Shown: positions 49,998 to 59,549 of the stretch, piece by piece | Numbering within the stretch: position 1 is the first letter of the stretch | How the letters are laid out: every line of letters begins with the position of its first letter | From: an uncultured Gemmatimonadales bacterium | GTDB taxonomy: Bacteria > Gemmatimonadota > Gemmatimonadetes > Gemmatimonadales > Gemmatimonadaceae | Length of the DNA stretch: 64,000 nt | Direction: 5' to 3' | Assembly: GCA_963850905.1 (NCBI GenBank) | Contig: CAWKMU010000003.1 | Span: 1,440,001 to 1,504,000 of the forward strand | Program-made: the position numbers and the translations under genes | Notes under the pieces: model-generated | What the model was told of the DNA's origin: nothing | The model's input: only the letters and a program-made list of their open reading frames with translations | The model's database searches: none

Positions 49998-50585
49998 ATG
50001 CCGGCTGAGCACCTGCAGTTCGTGAAGCGATCCGACGAGCAGTTGATGGCTGCCGTCCAGGATGGGGACGGTGCTGCCCTGGGCACGCTGTTCGACCGCC
50101 ACCATCGGGCCATTCACGCAATGTGTGTCCGTCTGAGTCACGACCCCGACTTGGCCGACGACATCGTGCAGGAGGTCTTCCTGCGCGTCTGGCGCTACGC
50201 ACGGAGTTTTCGTGGTCGGTCAATGTTTCGCACCTGGCTCTATCGGTTGACGTACAACGCGTGCTCGGACTTGCAACGGCAGCACGCAAAATGGCAGCGG
50301 CATGCGGAGCTGGACACCCTCCCCTCCGAGCCGCCCTCAGAGGAGTTGGCAAACCGTCATGTCGTTCTCGAAGTGGCACTGTCTCGGCTTTCTCCTGCAC
50401 ATCGGGCGGTGTTAGTGCTCGGTCGGTTTCACGGCCTTGGATACGAAGAGATCGGCCGAATCGTTGGTTGCTCGCCCGGCGCGGCGCGAGTGCGACTCCA
50501 CCGCGCTGTTAACGAGCTTCGTCAGTTGTATTTCGCGCTCGAGGACACATGCACGTCAGCTGCGACGACGTCCGCGCGACGCTGA
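49998..50585 (+). CDS. ECF RNA polymerase sigma-70 factor
   Basis: DEQLM, ADDIVQEVFLRVW, FRTWLYRL and GYEEIGRIVGCSPGAARVRLHRA. Confidence 0.92.
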   Translation: MPAEHLQFVKRSDEQLMAAVQDGDGAALGTLFDRHHRAIHAMCVRLSHDPDLADDIVQEVFLRVWRYARSFRGRSMFRTWLYRLTYNACSDLQRQHAKWQRHAELDTLPSEPPSEELANRHVVLEVALSRLSPAHRAVLVLGRFHGLGYEEIGRIVGCSPGAARVRLHRAVNELRQLYFALEDTCTSAATTSARR

Positions 50586-51268
50586 TCGAGGCTGTCGCCG
50601 CCGGCAGAACGCCGGCCGACGCTGCAGCGCTCGCCCACATCGAATCGTGCCCTGCCTGCCGGGCAGCGCGCGCCGATTACGAACGGCTTTGGAAGGAGAT
50701 GGGGAGCTTGACGACCCCAGAGCCTGCCCCGGACGCGCGCGCCCGGTTTCGCCGGCGACTGGCCGCTGCAGGCCTCGCCTCCTCTCGTCCGGTGTCCAGC
50801 CGCGCGCTGGCGGCGATGGTGGGGGTTGCCGCTGCAGTAGCTCTCGTTGCCGGCCTCGGTGGGTACCGCTTAGGGGCGCACCAGGCCGGCGAGGGGACGG
50901 ATGTCGCGCAGAGCGCAGCCGCGAGCCCTCAGCCCGCGTTTCTCCTGTTGCTGCATGAGGACTCATCATTCCGTCGCGGCGAGCCATACAAGTCGACGGT
51001 GGCCCTCGCTCACGAGTATTCACATTGGGCCGACGGGCTGCCAGGCGGAGCGTACATCACGTCAGCGCCGCTCATCCGCCACACCGGAATCTGGTTGGGG
51101 GCGCCCCACCAGTCGGTTGCACCAGGTGATTTCGTGGACGGGTACTTCCTGATCCACGCAAAAGACATGGCCGCCGCCCAGCAGATAGCCGAGACGTGCC
51201 CGCACCTGAAGTACGGTGGCCGGATCGAGGTTCACCAGATCGACCGCGCAATCCTGAATTCACTCTGA
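50549..51268 (+). CDS. Anti-sigma factor (zf-HC2-like) with TM helix and C-terminal YCII/DGPF-like domain
   Basis: HIESCPAC (HxxxCxxC); TM helix; FLLLL...GYFLIHAKDMAAAQQIAETCPHLKYGGRIEV. Confidence 0.8.
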   Translation: MHVSCDDVRATLIEAVAAGRTPADAAALAHIESCPACRAARADYERLWKEMGSLTTPEPAPDARARFRRRLAAAGLASSRPVSSRALAAMVGVAAAVALVAGLGGYRLGAHQAGEGTDVAQSAAASPQPAFLLLLHEDSSFRRGEPYKSTVALAHEYSHWADGLPGGAYITSAPLIRHTGIWLGAPHQSVAPGDFVDGYFLIHAKDMAAAQQIAETCPHLKYGGRIEVHQIDRAILNSL

Positions 51269-51288
51269 GCGCACACAGGAGATCCGCC

Positions 51289-52005
51289 ATGACGAGCCTT
51301 CGCTTCGTCGCATATGCCTTGCCGTTGGGGATTGTCGCTCTGCCAGCATCCCGCCCGGCCGTTCGCGCTGACCGCTTCGACGACGGAAGCTCGCACCACG
51401 CCCTCGCGTCCACGGCTCGCCTCTCGGATGCCGACGAGGTCGCCCTTGCCCTCAGCGCGGCTCCCGCATCCCTGACCGCTGGCGCTGCCGTCTACGCGTG
51501 GCGTGACGGTCAATTTGTGAAGGTGCGCGATGGCTCGACCGGGTGGACCTGCATGGTCTCGCGGGATACCCGCATCAATGGCGTGGCTCCGATGTGCTTT
51601 GATCCGGAGGCCGCTCGCACGTTGATGCAGGTGGAGATGCTCAGAACCCAGCTGCGCTCCCGCGGTCTCAGCAACACGGCAGTCGAACGCGAGGTGGACG
51701 CGGCATACCAGCACGGCACGCTGAAGTACCCGAACAAGTCGGCGGTGATCTACATGATGTCATCACACCAGGTGCTCACGACGTATCAGGGCGACAAAGG
51801 TCAGGCGATCGGTGCCTGGCACCCTCACCTCATGATCTACTGCCCCGGTGCATCCGTGGACCAATTCGCCCTCGGCAAGGACCAGCAGGCTGGGCCGCTG
51901 TCAATTCCGTTCACTGATGCCGGCGGGGTGCAGTTGGTGGTCGAGGTTCCGCACTGGGCGGACAGTCCGGCGATGGCGGACGCCGCGGGCGGTGGATCGC
52001 GCTGA
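51289..52005 (+). CDS. Secreted hypothetical protein in the ECF operon
   Basis: AGGAG RBS; signal peptide; ALSAAP, GWTCMV, PMCFD, YMMS and WHPHLMIY. Confidence 0.75.
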   Translation: MTSLRFVAYALPLGIVALPASRPAVRADRFDDGSSHHALASTARLSDADEVALALSAAPASLTAGAAVYAWRDGQFVKVRDGSTGWTCMVSRDTRINGVAPMCFDPEAARTLMQVEMLRTQLRSRGLSNTAVEREVDAAYQHGTLKYPNKSAVIYMMSSHQVLTTYQGDKGQAIGAWHPHLMIYCPGASVDQFALGKDQQAGPLSIPFTDAGGVQLVVEVPHWADSPAMADAAGGGSR

Positions 52006-52022
52006 GCCGCCCGCAGCAACAT

Positions 52023-52046
52023 GTAGGGGCGGCCTTCAGGCCGCCC
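52023..52046 (+). repeat. GTAG-type REP-like palindrome, second subtype
   Basis: GTAGGGGCGGCCTTCAGGCCGCCC. Confidence 0.75.
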
Positions 52047-52074
52047 GTTTGGGTCGTCGCCAGTCGTTGTTGTT

Positions 52075-52122
52075 CCCCAAACCCCAAACCCCAAACCCAC
52101 GTTTGTTCACCCGTCACCCGTC
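52075..52122. repeat. Heptamer tracts (CCCCAAA)x3 and (CACCCGT)x2
   Basis: CCCCAAACCCCAAACCCCAAACCC...CACCCGTCACCCGTC overlapping the stop of the convergent gene. Confidence 0.65.
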
Positions 52123-54536
52123 TTCTGCCCTTCCGCGCGACCCGCGAGCGCCATCAGGGCGACGAGATAACACAACCCGGCCACTTCCAAGACCGCGGTG
52201 AAGCCAAATGCCATCCCGAGGATCATCGCGGCGACTGAGCCAATCACGGTGAAGAAGCCATTCACGCCCCAAGCCCAGGGAACGATCGGGGCCGCGTCGA
52301 GAGACACGATACGGAGGCCGGTCGGAAATGGCATGCCCAGTGCGATCCCCACTGGCGCGATCAACAGGAACCCGATGACGGCGCGGACAGGCAGCGGCAA
52401 GCCCAACGCCACGGCAAAGATCGACGGAGTGAGGAGGGCAGTGGCCATCAACGTGACGATCACTCCGAGGAGGATCGGCCCGAGGGCACGTTGGGGTGAG
52501 GTCCGCGCCCGGCCGGCAAGTGCCGCCCCCACGCCGGCGAAGACCAGCAGCCCGGCCAGCACGACGGCGAGCGTGTAGACCGGCTGGCCGAGAAACAATG
52601 TGAACCGCTGTAGGAGTGCGATCTCGACGAAGATGAATCCGATTCCCAGCGCGCCGAAGTACGAGAGATAGCGCCAACGGTCCGCGACCTGGAGCCCCCG
52701 TCGCGCCAGGCCGGCCAATGGCAGCAGGATCAACACGGCCGCGACCAGCACCGACTGCGCCAACAGCACGAGCAGGGTCACTTCCGCGACCGGCCGATCT
52801 TCCAGTGCCATCCGCCCCATCTTCTTCTGGGTGAAAACGTCCCGGATAGCGCTCGCTCCGATACTGGACCAGCGCGCGTGTTGGTTGAAGAAGGGCCGAT
52901 CATCCGTCGCTGGCTCCAACTCCACCGGTGTCGCGCGGTACACCGAACGCACGTCCGGCGCCGTCAGCAACGAGTCGTAGATCGTGTTCCTGCCGATGCC
53001 GAACGGAGTGTAGAGCAGCTCCACGCCATTTGGTCCAGTCCCACCTGGCGTCGCGCGCAGCCGGCGCGCGATCTCATCGACCTCCGCTTGCGTAAACGCG
53101 GATTTCTTGAGCAGGAAGCCCGCGACGAACACTTTGCGCCCGACCTTGATGAGCTGTGGCTCGTTCGCTTGCCGAAAGGCGATGAGATGGTTCGCAACAT
53201 GGTCGAGGCCACGCTGGGCGAACAGCTCCCGCGCCGTCGCGAAGAGGCGCGGAATCTGCGCCTCCGGCCGTGTGAAGAAGATGAGCCCGTCGGGCGTGAG
53301 GTGATCGAAATAGTCCTCGAACGCCTCCAGTGTCAGCACGTAGTTCTCGGTCAGACTGAGCGCGCCCGACGCCACCGCGGCGTTGCTGATCGTGTGCTCC
53401 GAGATGAGGAGGTCGTACGAGTCGTGCGACCGCCGGACGAAACTCCGGCCCTCGCTGTTGACGAGATGCACGCCGGGCTGCGCGAAGAGGTCACCCCAGT
53501 AGTCATGCATGCGGTGCGTGACCACGTCGACAATGATCGGGTTGATCTCGACTGCCGTGATCGAGGACGCGCCATACTCCAGACCTTCCAGCACTTCCTG
53601 TCCGGCGCCCGACCCGATGATGAGGACACGCGGGTGTGACTTCCCGGCGTAAGCGAACCAGGAGTCGAAGTCGGTACTGTCCGGCGGCTGCTCCAAATAG
53701 TGGTGAATGTTTGGCCGCAAGTCATCGATCGAGGTCCCTGCCGTGCCCTGATCGAAGACGATGACTCGCTGGGTTGGCGCACGGGCCGGAGGGTGGTTGG
53801 GATACTCGTAGACATCGATACGCGAAAACGTATTCCAGGCCGTGTAGAGGGGTGCCTGCTTCGAGCTACCCTTGCTGGGCGACAGCGTAATGGGCAGCAC
53901 GCGGTCGGCAGCGGACGCCAGCACTGCGGAGGCCACGGCTCCGGTCAGGGCGATCACGGATAGTGATCGCGCCGCATCGAGGCCGAAGGCAGCCGCGGCC
54001 AGAAAGCCGCAGGACGCTGCCGCGACGACCGACCCGGACCCGCCCACGCGTGGCATGACGAGCGCGATCGCCGCGCACCCCAACCCCGCGCCGAGAAGGT
54101 CATAGGCGTAGAGGCGGTTGACGTCGTGTGTGCGCCGTGTGAGCAGCAGCGCGATGGCGAGCCCCGAGCAGAAGAATGGTGTGGCGAGGGTCAGGTAGTA
54201 GATCGGCATGTACAGGAGCTGGCGCCGGTCCGAAAACAAGGCGAACGGATCGAACGGAATCCGCTGCATCAGCCAGAAGCTGGCGAGCGTGACTACGCCG
54301 AACGCCAAGGATAGGACGGCGAGGGCGCGGCCGAGTGCGATGCGCTCCCGGAGTCGAGTCCAGGTCGCCAGCGTGACGCCGGCTGCGCCGAACCCCAGGA
54401 GTGCGGTCGAGATCACGAGAAAGCCGAAGTGGTACCAGAGTGCGACCGACAGCACGCGTGTCAGCGCGAGCTCGAGCAACAGCGTCGCGAATGACAGCAG
54501 AAAGATCCCGACCAGGGTGCCGCGCGGCGTATCCAT
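52107..54536 (-). CDS. Membrane protein with central spermidine-synthase-like SAM-binding domain
   Basis: TM bundle (LELALTRVLS, RLYAYDLLGAGLG); VLIIGSGAG, AVEINP, EGRSFV, ENYVLTLEAF, PATDDRPFF and WAWGVNG. Confidence 0.8.
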   Translation of the reverse strand: MDTPRGTLVGIFLLSFATLLLELALTRVLSVALWYHFGFLVISTALLGFGAAGVTLATWTRLRERIALGRALAVLSLAFGVVTLASFWLMQRIPFDPFALFSDRRQLLYMPIYYLTLATPFFCSGLAIALLLTRRTHDVNRLYAYDLLGAGLGCAAIALVMPRVGGSGSVVAAASCGFLAAAAFGLDAARSLSVIALTGAVASAVLASAADRVLPITLSPSKGSSKQAPLYTAWNTFSRIDVYEYPNHPPARAPTQRVIVFDQGTAGTSIDDLRPNIHHYLEQPPDSTDFDSWFAYAGKSHPRVLIIGSGAGQEVLEGLEYGASSITAVEINPIIVDVVTHRMHDYWGDLFAQPGVHLVNSEGRSFVRRSHDSYDLLISEHTISNAAVASGALSLTENYVLTLEAFEDYFDHLTPDGLIFFTRPEAQIPRLFATARELFAQRGLDHVANHLIAFRQANEPQLIKVGRKVFVAGFLLKKSAFTQAEVDEIARRLRATPGGTGPNGVELLYTPFGIGRNTIYDSLLTAPDVRSVYRATPVELEPATDDRPFFNQHARWSSIGASAIRDVFTQKKMGRMALEDRPVAEVTLLVLLAQSVLVAAVLILLPLAGLARRGLQVADRWRYLSYFGALGIGFIFVEIALLQRFTLFLGQPVYTLAVVLAGLLVFAGVGAALAGRARTSPQRALGPILLGVIVTLMATALLTPSIFAVALGLPLPVRAVIGFLLIAPVGIALGMPFPTGLRIVSLDAAPIVPWAWGVNGFFTVIGSVAAMILGMAFGFTAVLEVAGLCYLVALMALAGRAEGQKTGDG

Positions 54537-54632
54537 CGAACCCCTCCCGTACCCGGTGCGCACAGAATGTGATGCCTTCGACCGGGGGGTGGAAGATGGG
54601 CACGGGGGTGTGCGAGGCTCCCAATGACCGTC

Positions 54633-55922
54633 TTAGTTGATGTCGACCTGTTTCGTCTCGGGCCCTGAGAGTGCCCCAACGAGCAACAGGAGGCCGCCGA
54701 GCGCGAGAAACACGATCTGCGTGTACGCGTAGGGAAAGCCGAGCGCACTCAAACCGAGCATGTATAGTGATGTAAACGCGGGGATGATCATCGCCGCGCT
54801 GTATCCGAGTCCGTAGCCGGATGCTCGGACGCCGGTCGGGAATCGCTCGTTGATGTACGAGGTCACGACCGCCCAGACAGGCGTCGCGGACAGGTTGATG
54901 AGTGCCACGAGCACGATCAGCTCAGCGGCGTTCCGGTAGCCCGACCGTACGAGCAGGTAGTACAGCGCTGGCCCCACCGTACAGCCGGCGAGTCCAATCA
55001 GCGCGAGCGTTGCCCGGCGTCCGATGCGCTGTCCCAACATTCCGACGAGAATGAACACGGGGAACAGCAGCAGGTGTGTGATGAGCTGCGCGTTGTTGAC
55101 GATGACGCTGCTCACGTTGCGAATGTTCGACAACACGCCGGGCAGAACGGAAGTCACGGCGTTGAGCGTGAACCACGCACCACTCAATGTCACGAATACT
55201 TGTGCGAGGCAGCGCAGGTCGTCGCCCCGGAGGAGCTCGCCCAGCGGGGACCTCTCGTGGCGCGCGCGGCCCCACACTGGCGACTCCGGCACCTTCTTGA
55301 CGCAGTAGTAGCAGACGGCGCCGGCGAGGATCGCGCCGACGATGAAGGGGATGCGCCATCCCCACTGGACGTACGGCGAATGCAGCGATCCCGCTGGGAG
55401 CACCCGCAACAGGCCGCTGGTGATCAGCGACATCGCCACGACCGCGAGCGGAAATCCCGAATGGATGAATGCGGCCCAGAGCCCGCGCTTGTCTTTGGGT
55501 GCGTACTCCATCGCGAGCGGATTGGCGCCCGTGTATTCACCGCCCAGGAAGATGCCGTCCAGGAACCTGAGGAACGTGAGCGCGCCGATGCTGGCGATGC
55601 CCCACGTCTCATACCCCGGCAGGAGCGCGATCAACAGCGTGACGGCCGCGAATCCGCCCATCGAGATGATGGTGACTTTGCGCCGCCCGATCTTGTCGCT
55701 GTAATGGCCGAACACCACGGCGCCCAGTGGGCGGCCGACGAGCGAGAAGGCGAACACGACATAGAACAGCGTCGATTGCAGCGCCGGGCTGAGTGTGGCT
55801 GGCTGAAAGAACGACATGGCCGGCCCGAGGGCCACGATGGGCAGGTATACGTCGAACATGTCGACGAAGAACCCGGCGAACGCGGCACGTAGCGCGCGGT
55901 GGCCGGCCTGGCGGGTCGCCAC
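54633..55922 (-). CDS. MFS transporter, MHS-like (metabolite:H+ symporter)
   Basis: GFFVDMFD, GRPLGAVVFGHYSDKIGRR, GGEYTGA and WGWRIPF; start placed at the GTG downstream of the REP. Confidence 0.85.
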   Translation of the reverse strand: MATRQAGHRALRAAFAGFFVDMFDVYLPIVALGPAMSFFQPATLSPALQSTLFYVVFAFSLVGRPLGAVVFGHYSDKIGRRKVTIISMGGFAAVTLLIALLPGYETWGIASIGALTFLRFLDGIFLGGEYTGANPLAMEYAPKDKRGLWAAFIHSGFPLAVVAMSLITSGLLRVLPAGSLHSPYVQWGWRIPFIVGAILAGAVCYYCVKKVPESPVWGRARHERSPLGELLRGDDLRCLAQVFVTLSGAWFTLNAVTSVLPGVLSNIRNVSSVIVNNAQLITHLLLFPVFILVGMLGQRIGRRATLALIGLAGCTVGPALYYLLVRSGYRNAAELIVLVALINLSATPVWAVVTSYINERFPTGVRASGYGLGYSAAMIIPAFTSLYMLGLSALGFPYAYTQIVFLALGGLLLLVGALSGPETKQVDIN

Positions 55923-55946
55923 GTCGGACAGGCCCGGGGATGCACG

Positions 55947-55969
55947 AGGGCGACGCAATGCGTCGCCCT
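55947..55969. repeat. REP-like palindrome
   Basis: AGGGCGACGCAATGCGTCGCCCT, same core as 18959 and 29246. Confidence 0.85.
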
Positions 55970-56003
55970 TATCGGTCCAGCGGCCCGTCGCTGCGGGCAC
56001 GTG

Positions 56004-56330
56004 TCAGCCCTTCGCTCCGGGCGGCCGATAGGCGACGGCCTTCTTCGTCGCCGCGTCCATCTCCTCCGGCGTGAGCAGTACGGTACTCCGGACGGCTACG
56101 GTCCCGGTGGCTCTCACGGCCACGCTCACGGCGGTCGCCGTCGCCTGGTCAGGAAACTCCGCGATCCCGATGACGTCGTCCTTGCCGATGGCGTAATAGA
56201 AGGCATGCAGCTTGCCGCCCGCCGCCTCGACCATCTGCTTCACGCTGGCTCGACGCTTCGAGCCGCCCTCCTGGCTCAAGCCCTTCGCGCCTTCTGCGCT
56301 GTACGAGCCTTGCCATAGGTATGTGGGCAC
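56004..56330 (-). CDS. GYD domain-containing protein
   Basis: GAGGAGG RBS; YLWQGSYSAEGAKGL...GGKLHAFYYAIGKDD...LLTPEEMDAA...YRPPG. Confidence 0.85.
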   Translation of the reverse strand: MPTYLWQGSYSAEGAKGLSQEGGSKRRASVKQMVEAAGGKLHAFYYAIGKDDVIGIAEFPDQATATAVSVAVRATGTVAVRSTVLLTPEEMDAATKKAVAYRPPGAKG

Positions 56331-56550
56331 CCGCCCTCCTCGGTGTTGATGGGGCGGACAAGGTACGACGAAAGGATGCTCGCGGTAAGCGCGTCGAGAA
56401 CGATGCGGTCGCCCGGGCTGGCACCCTCGTACGCCGTCTGTAGGAAGCCGGCCACGAATGCGTCGCTACCGCGTCTCTCTCGTGCGCTACAGGTGGAGGG
56501 TGGCGTCGCGACGTGCGCGCGGGAGTCGAGCTGAGCGGTGATGCGCGTGC

Positions 56551-57324
56551 CTAACCTGACGTCGATCCGACGCCCGGTCGGCCATGCCCCTGCTTGCGCA
56601 TCGCGGGAATCGCGACGGCTCGGGCCGGTTGTACCGGAGGTGCACTTGCGAGCGCTGGTCGCTCGATGACGAGCAAATCGTATAGGGCGAGCGACCTCGG
56701 CAGACGCGACGGGCGAGGCAGTCGCCTGATTGGAAGCGTCGAGCCCTCGAGCGCTCGTCGCACGCGCGCGCGCCCGCCTTGAAAGTTTGCTTCGGGGTCG
56801 AACCCGACCAACATGGCGTACGCCAAGTCCGCCCATCGGTGAGGCCGCGGTGTGATCGCCAGCACCGCACCCCCGTGTCGTGTGACTCGGTACGCTTCGG
56901 CGAGGGCGAGACCTGGCTCCTCGATGAACTCGAGGGCGCTCACGATGACGACAGCATCGAAGCTGTAGTCTTGGAATGGGAGGGCGACGCCGGTGCCTCT
57001 CGCCAGGGTGACATCGACGCCACAGGCCGAGAGCTCCGTGCGCGTGCGGGCCCCATTGGGGTGGATGTCGACGCCAAACAACGACTTGGCGTGGCGAGCC
57101 AACTCGGGAAAGAACACTCCGCTTCCGTACCCGACATCGAGCACGCGCGCAATCCTGCCGTACGGCAATGCGTCGCGCACCCACTTGAGGCGCTGCCGGA
57201 GAAGGGAGCCGTAGCCAATGCCGTCGTAATGCGCTACGGCATCGACGCCACTGGTGGGCGTCAATCGACCCCGCGGGGGGACATCGAGTCCGGATGATCT
57301 CGATGTTCGTGATGGACTGCGCAT
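56551..57324 (-). CDS. Class I SAM-dependent methyltransferase
   Basis: RVLDVGYGSG, GVDIH, LPFQDYSFDAV and ALAEAYRVTRHGG; start uncertain. Confidence 0.85.
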   Translation of the reverse strand: MRSPSRTSRSSGLDVPPRGRLTPTSGVDAVAHYDGIGYGSLLRQRLKWVRDALPYGRIARVLDVGYGSGVFFPELARHAKSLFGVDIHPNGARTRTELSACGVDVTLARGTGVALPFQDYSFDAVVIVSALEFIEEPGLALAEAYRVTRHGGAVLAITPRPHRWADLAYAMLVGFDPEANFQGGRARVRRALEGSTLPIRRLPRPSRLPRSLALYDLLVIERPALASAPPVQPARAVAIPAMRKQGHGRPGVGSTSG

Positions 57325-57820
57325 CGGTCGTCCCTTGCGTTCGTAAGCCGAACTGACGTGGACGGACTGACGCGACGGGACGCATGTGTATCACGCACGC
57401 GTGACCACACGGAAGTCACAGACTGCTCTGCTCCATCGCGTCGAACCTTTCAGTACTGCTTTTCGTTCAACTCGCGACGAGCGCTCACCTGCCTAACCAG
57501 TCGGTTGCGTATCGGCAGGGGCTGCTTCGTTGGCGCCGGATCGCTCGCGGCCCGGCACGTTACCGCACTGATCGTGCCGTGGTCTGCCGCGCGAGATGGC
57601 CACTCGCGCCGCGCGCGGAGCGTTGTCGCGCGAGCGTTCACCGCATTTGCATCCGCGGGTGACAGAAACGTGCGGCGCGGATCCAACGCGATGTGTACGC
57701 GCGTATGCTCACGGACAATTCGCCGTGATGGATCGGCATTGGCGTCAAGGTCGGCGCGGTGTTCGTCATCGAACCAGTAATGCTTCGCTCCAACAAGCGA
57801 GCGAGCTCTACCGCATTCCG

Positions 57821-58876
57821 CTATCTCCGTTCCGCCCAGGCCAGGCCGTCCGGGTTCCCCAACGGGGCAAGCTGGCCGGCGACCGCCAGGGTCTTCAGGT
57901 CCAGCACGACCATCTTGTTGGCGCCACTGACGGCGACGAATGCGCGCGCGCCATCCGGGTCCATGAGGATGCCGGCCGCGCCCCCACCCAGCTGCAGCTG
58001 CTTGACCTCCTTGCGGCTTCTGGCATCGAGCACCGCGAGATTCGGCGCGGCGGTTGTACCGCCGCTACCCAAGCCGGAGATCAGGACGAACCGGCCATCG
58101 GGCGTAAACTTGAGCCGATTGGCTCTCGTCACCGATATGGGCATCGTCTCGATGATCTTGTGAGTCGCGAAGTCGATGATGCTGGCCGTTCCGTCCTCGG
58201 CGTTGGCCGTCCAGATCTCTTTACCGTCGGGTGAGACATCGAAACCCTCGGCACCTTTGCCGACGGGCACATTCGTCACCTCCCACACACGTTGATCCGC
58301 GGCGCGTTGCCCGCTGGCTGTACCACTCGATCCCGCCAGGAGCTCGATAATGCTCATCGTGGCGGAGCGCACGTTGGAGGTCACGATCCTGTCCAGGGTG
58401 CGCGTGACCCACACCATGTGCGTGCGGTCTTGACCCGTGCCCAGCACCCAGTCGATCCGGCCGGTCGATGGGTCGTAGCGTCCGATCGCCTTGTTGGTCT
58501 CGGCGGTGAAATACAGCTCGCCCCCCGCAAAAGCCAACCCATGCGCGCCGTGCAACGCACCGAGGTCGATTGCGGGGAGCGCTCGGTGATTCACAAGGTC
58601 AACGACCGCGATCGTATGGAGCGTGCTGCGCTCTCCTCCGTAGTTCGAGACATAAGCCACCTTCCCATCCGCCGACGCGATGACCTCATGCGGATCCTCA
58701 CCAACGGGCACCCTGGCTACAAACTGCAAGGTGGTCGGGTCGACAATGTCCAGCTGGTTGGTGCTTTTTTCCAGAACGAGCACCGTACCACCATGCGGTT
58801 GCGCGACGGCCGATACGCTCGCGAGCACGAGTGCGCTAACACACGCACCGGTCATACGCCACTTGTGACCTCGCAT
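57821..58876 (-). CDS. Secreted YncE/YVTN-family beta-propeller protein
   Basis: VPVGEDPHEV, AYVSNYG, VGKGAEGFDVSPDGKEIW and NPDGLAW. Confidence 0.85.
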   Translation of the reverse strand: MRGHKWRMTGACVSALVLASVSAVAQPHGGTVLVLEKSTNQLDIVDPTTLQFVARVPVGEDPHEVIASADGKVAYVSNYGGERSTLHTIAVVDLVNHRALPAIDLGALHGAHGLAFAGGELYFTAETNKAIGRYDPSTGRIDWVLGTGQDRTHMVWVTRTLDRIVTSNVRSATMSIIELLAGSSGTASGQRAADQRVWEVTNVPVGKGAEGFDVSPDGKEIWTANAEDGTASIIDFATHKIIETMPISVTRANRLKFTPDGRFVLISGLGSGGTTAAPNLAVLDARSRKEVKQLQLGGGAAGILMDPDGARAFVAVSGANKMVVLDLKTLAVAGQLAPLGNPDGLAWAERR

Positions 58877-59031
58877 CAGATCTCTCCTTGAAAGAGTGCG
58901 GCGATCGACCCGCCTCGATTAGCGTCGCCTCGTGTGATGGCATCGATTAGCTTCGTCCACTCGCTCATGGTACCTCGCGAGTCGAGTCGCACGTCGCAGC
59001 TATTTTGCTACCTTCTGCGCGGGAGGAACAG

Positions 59032-59532
59032 GTGCCGTCCAGGCGTGCGGGACCCTTCAATGTCGGCGCGGCATTGCTTCGCGCCTACGCAGCAAGCGCG
59101 CGGGTGAACGAGTACCTCGTCGAGCGACTCGACCCGGCAGTGTGGCGGGCCAAGCCGCCGGCGCCCAAGATGCGCACGATCGCGGCTCTCGTGGCTCATG
59201 TACACAACTGTGGACTCGTCTACCTGCGCCGCGCCGCGCCGGGACTCGCCGTACCACCGGATCTCGATCGGTTCCGGGTGACGCAGGCGACGGCCGTACG
59301 GGCGCTCGCCGCCAAGCGCCGCGCAACACTGGCCGTGCTGGAGCCCGCGCTCGGGCGGGGCGGCCGCGTCGGCGGTTCGTCGCACGACCCAGTGAGCTTT
59401 CTCACGTACTACATGGTGCACGACGGTCACCACCGGGGCCAAATCCTCTGGCTGGCCCGGTGGCTCGGTCATCCGGTCAGCACGGAGACAATGTCCGGGA
59501 TGTGGCAGTGGTCGGCGCGCGCCCGCGAGTGA
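59032..59532 (+). CDS. DinB family protein
   Basis: GGAGG RBS; RTIAALVAHVHN and HDGHHRGQI. Confidence 0.85.
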   Translation: MPSRRAGPFNVGAALLRAYAASARVNEYLVERLDPAVWRAKPPAPKMRTIAALVAHVHNCGLVYLRRAAPGLAVPPDLDRFRVTQATAVRALAAKRRATLAVLEPALGRGGRVGGSSHDPVSFLTYYMVHDGHHRGQILWLARWLGHPVSTETMSGMWQWSARARE

Positions 59533-59549
59533 GTCAGGACTGGAGAAGG

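Noticed and set aside
56439..56468. Possible additional REP remnant (GTAGGAAGCCGGCCACGAATGCGTCGCTAC)
   Set aside because: Only the AATGCGTCGC half matches and the palindrome is broken.
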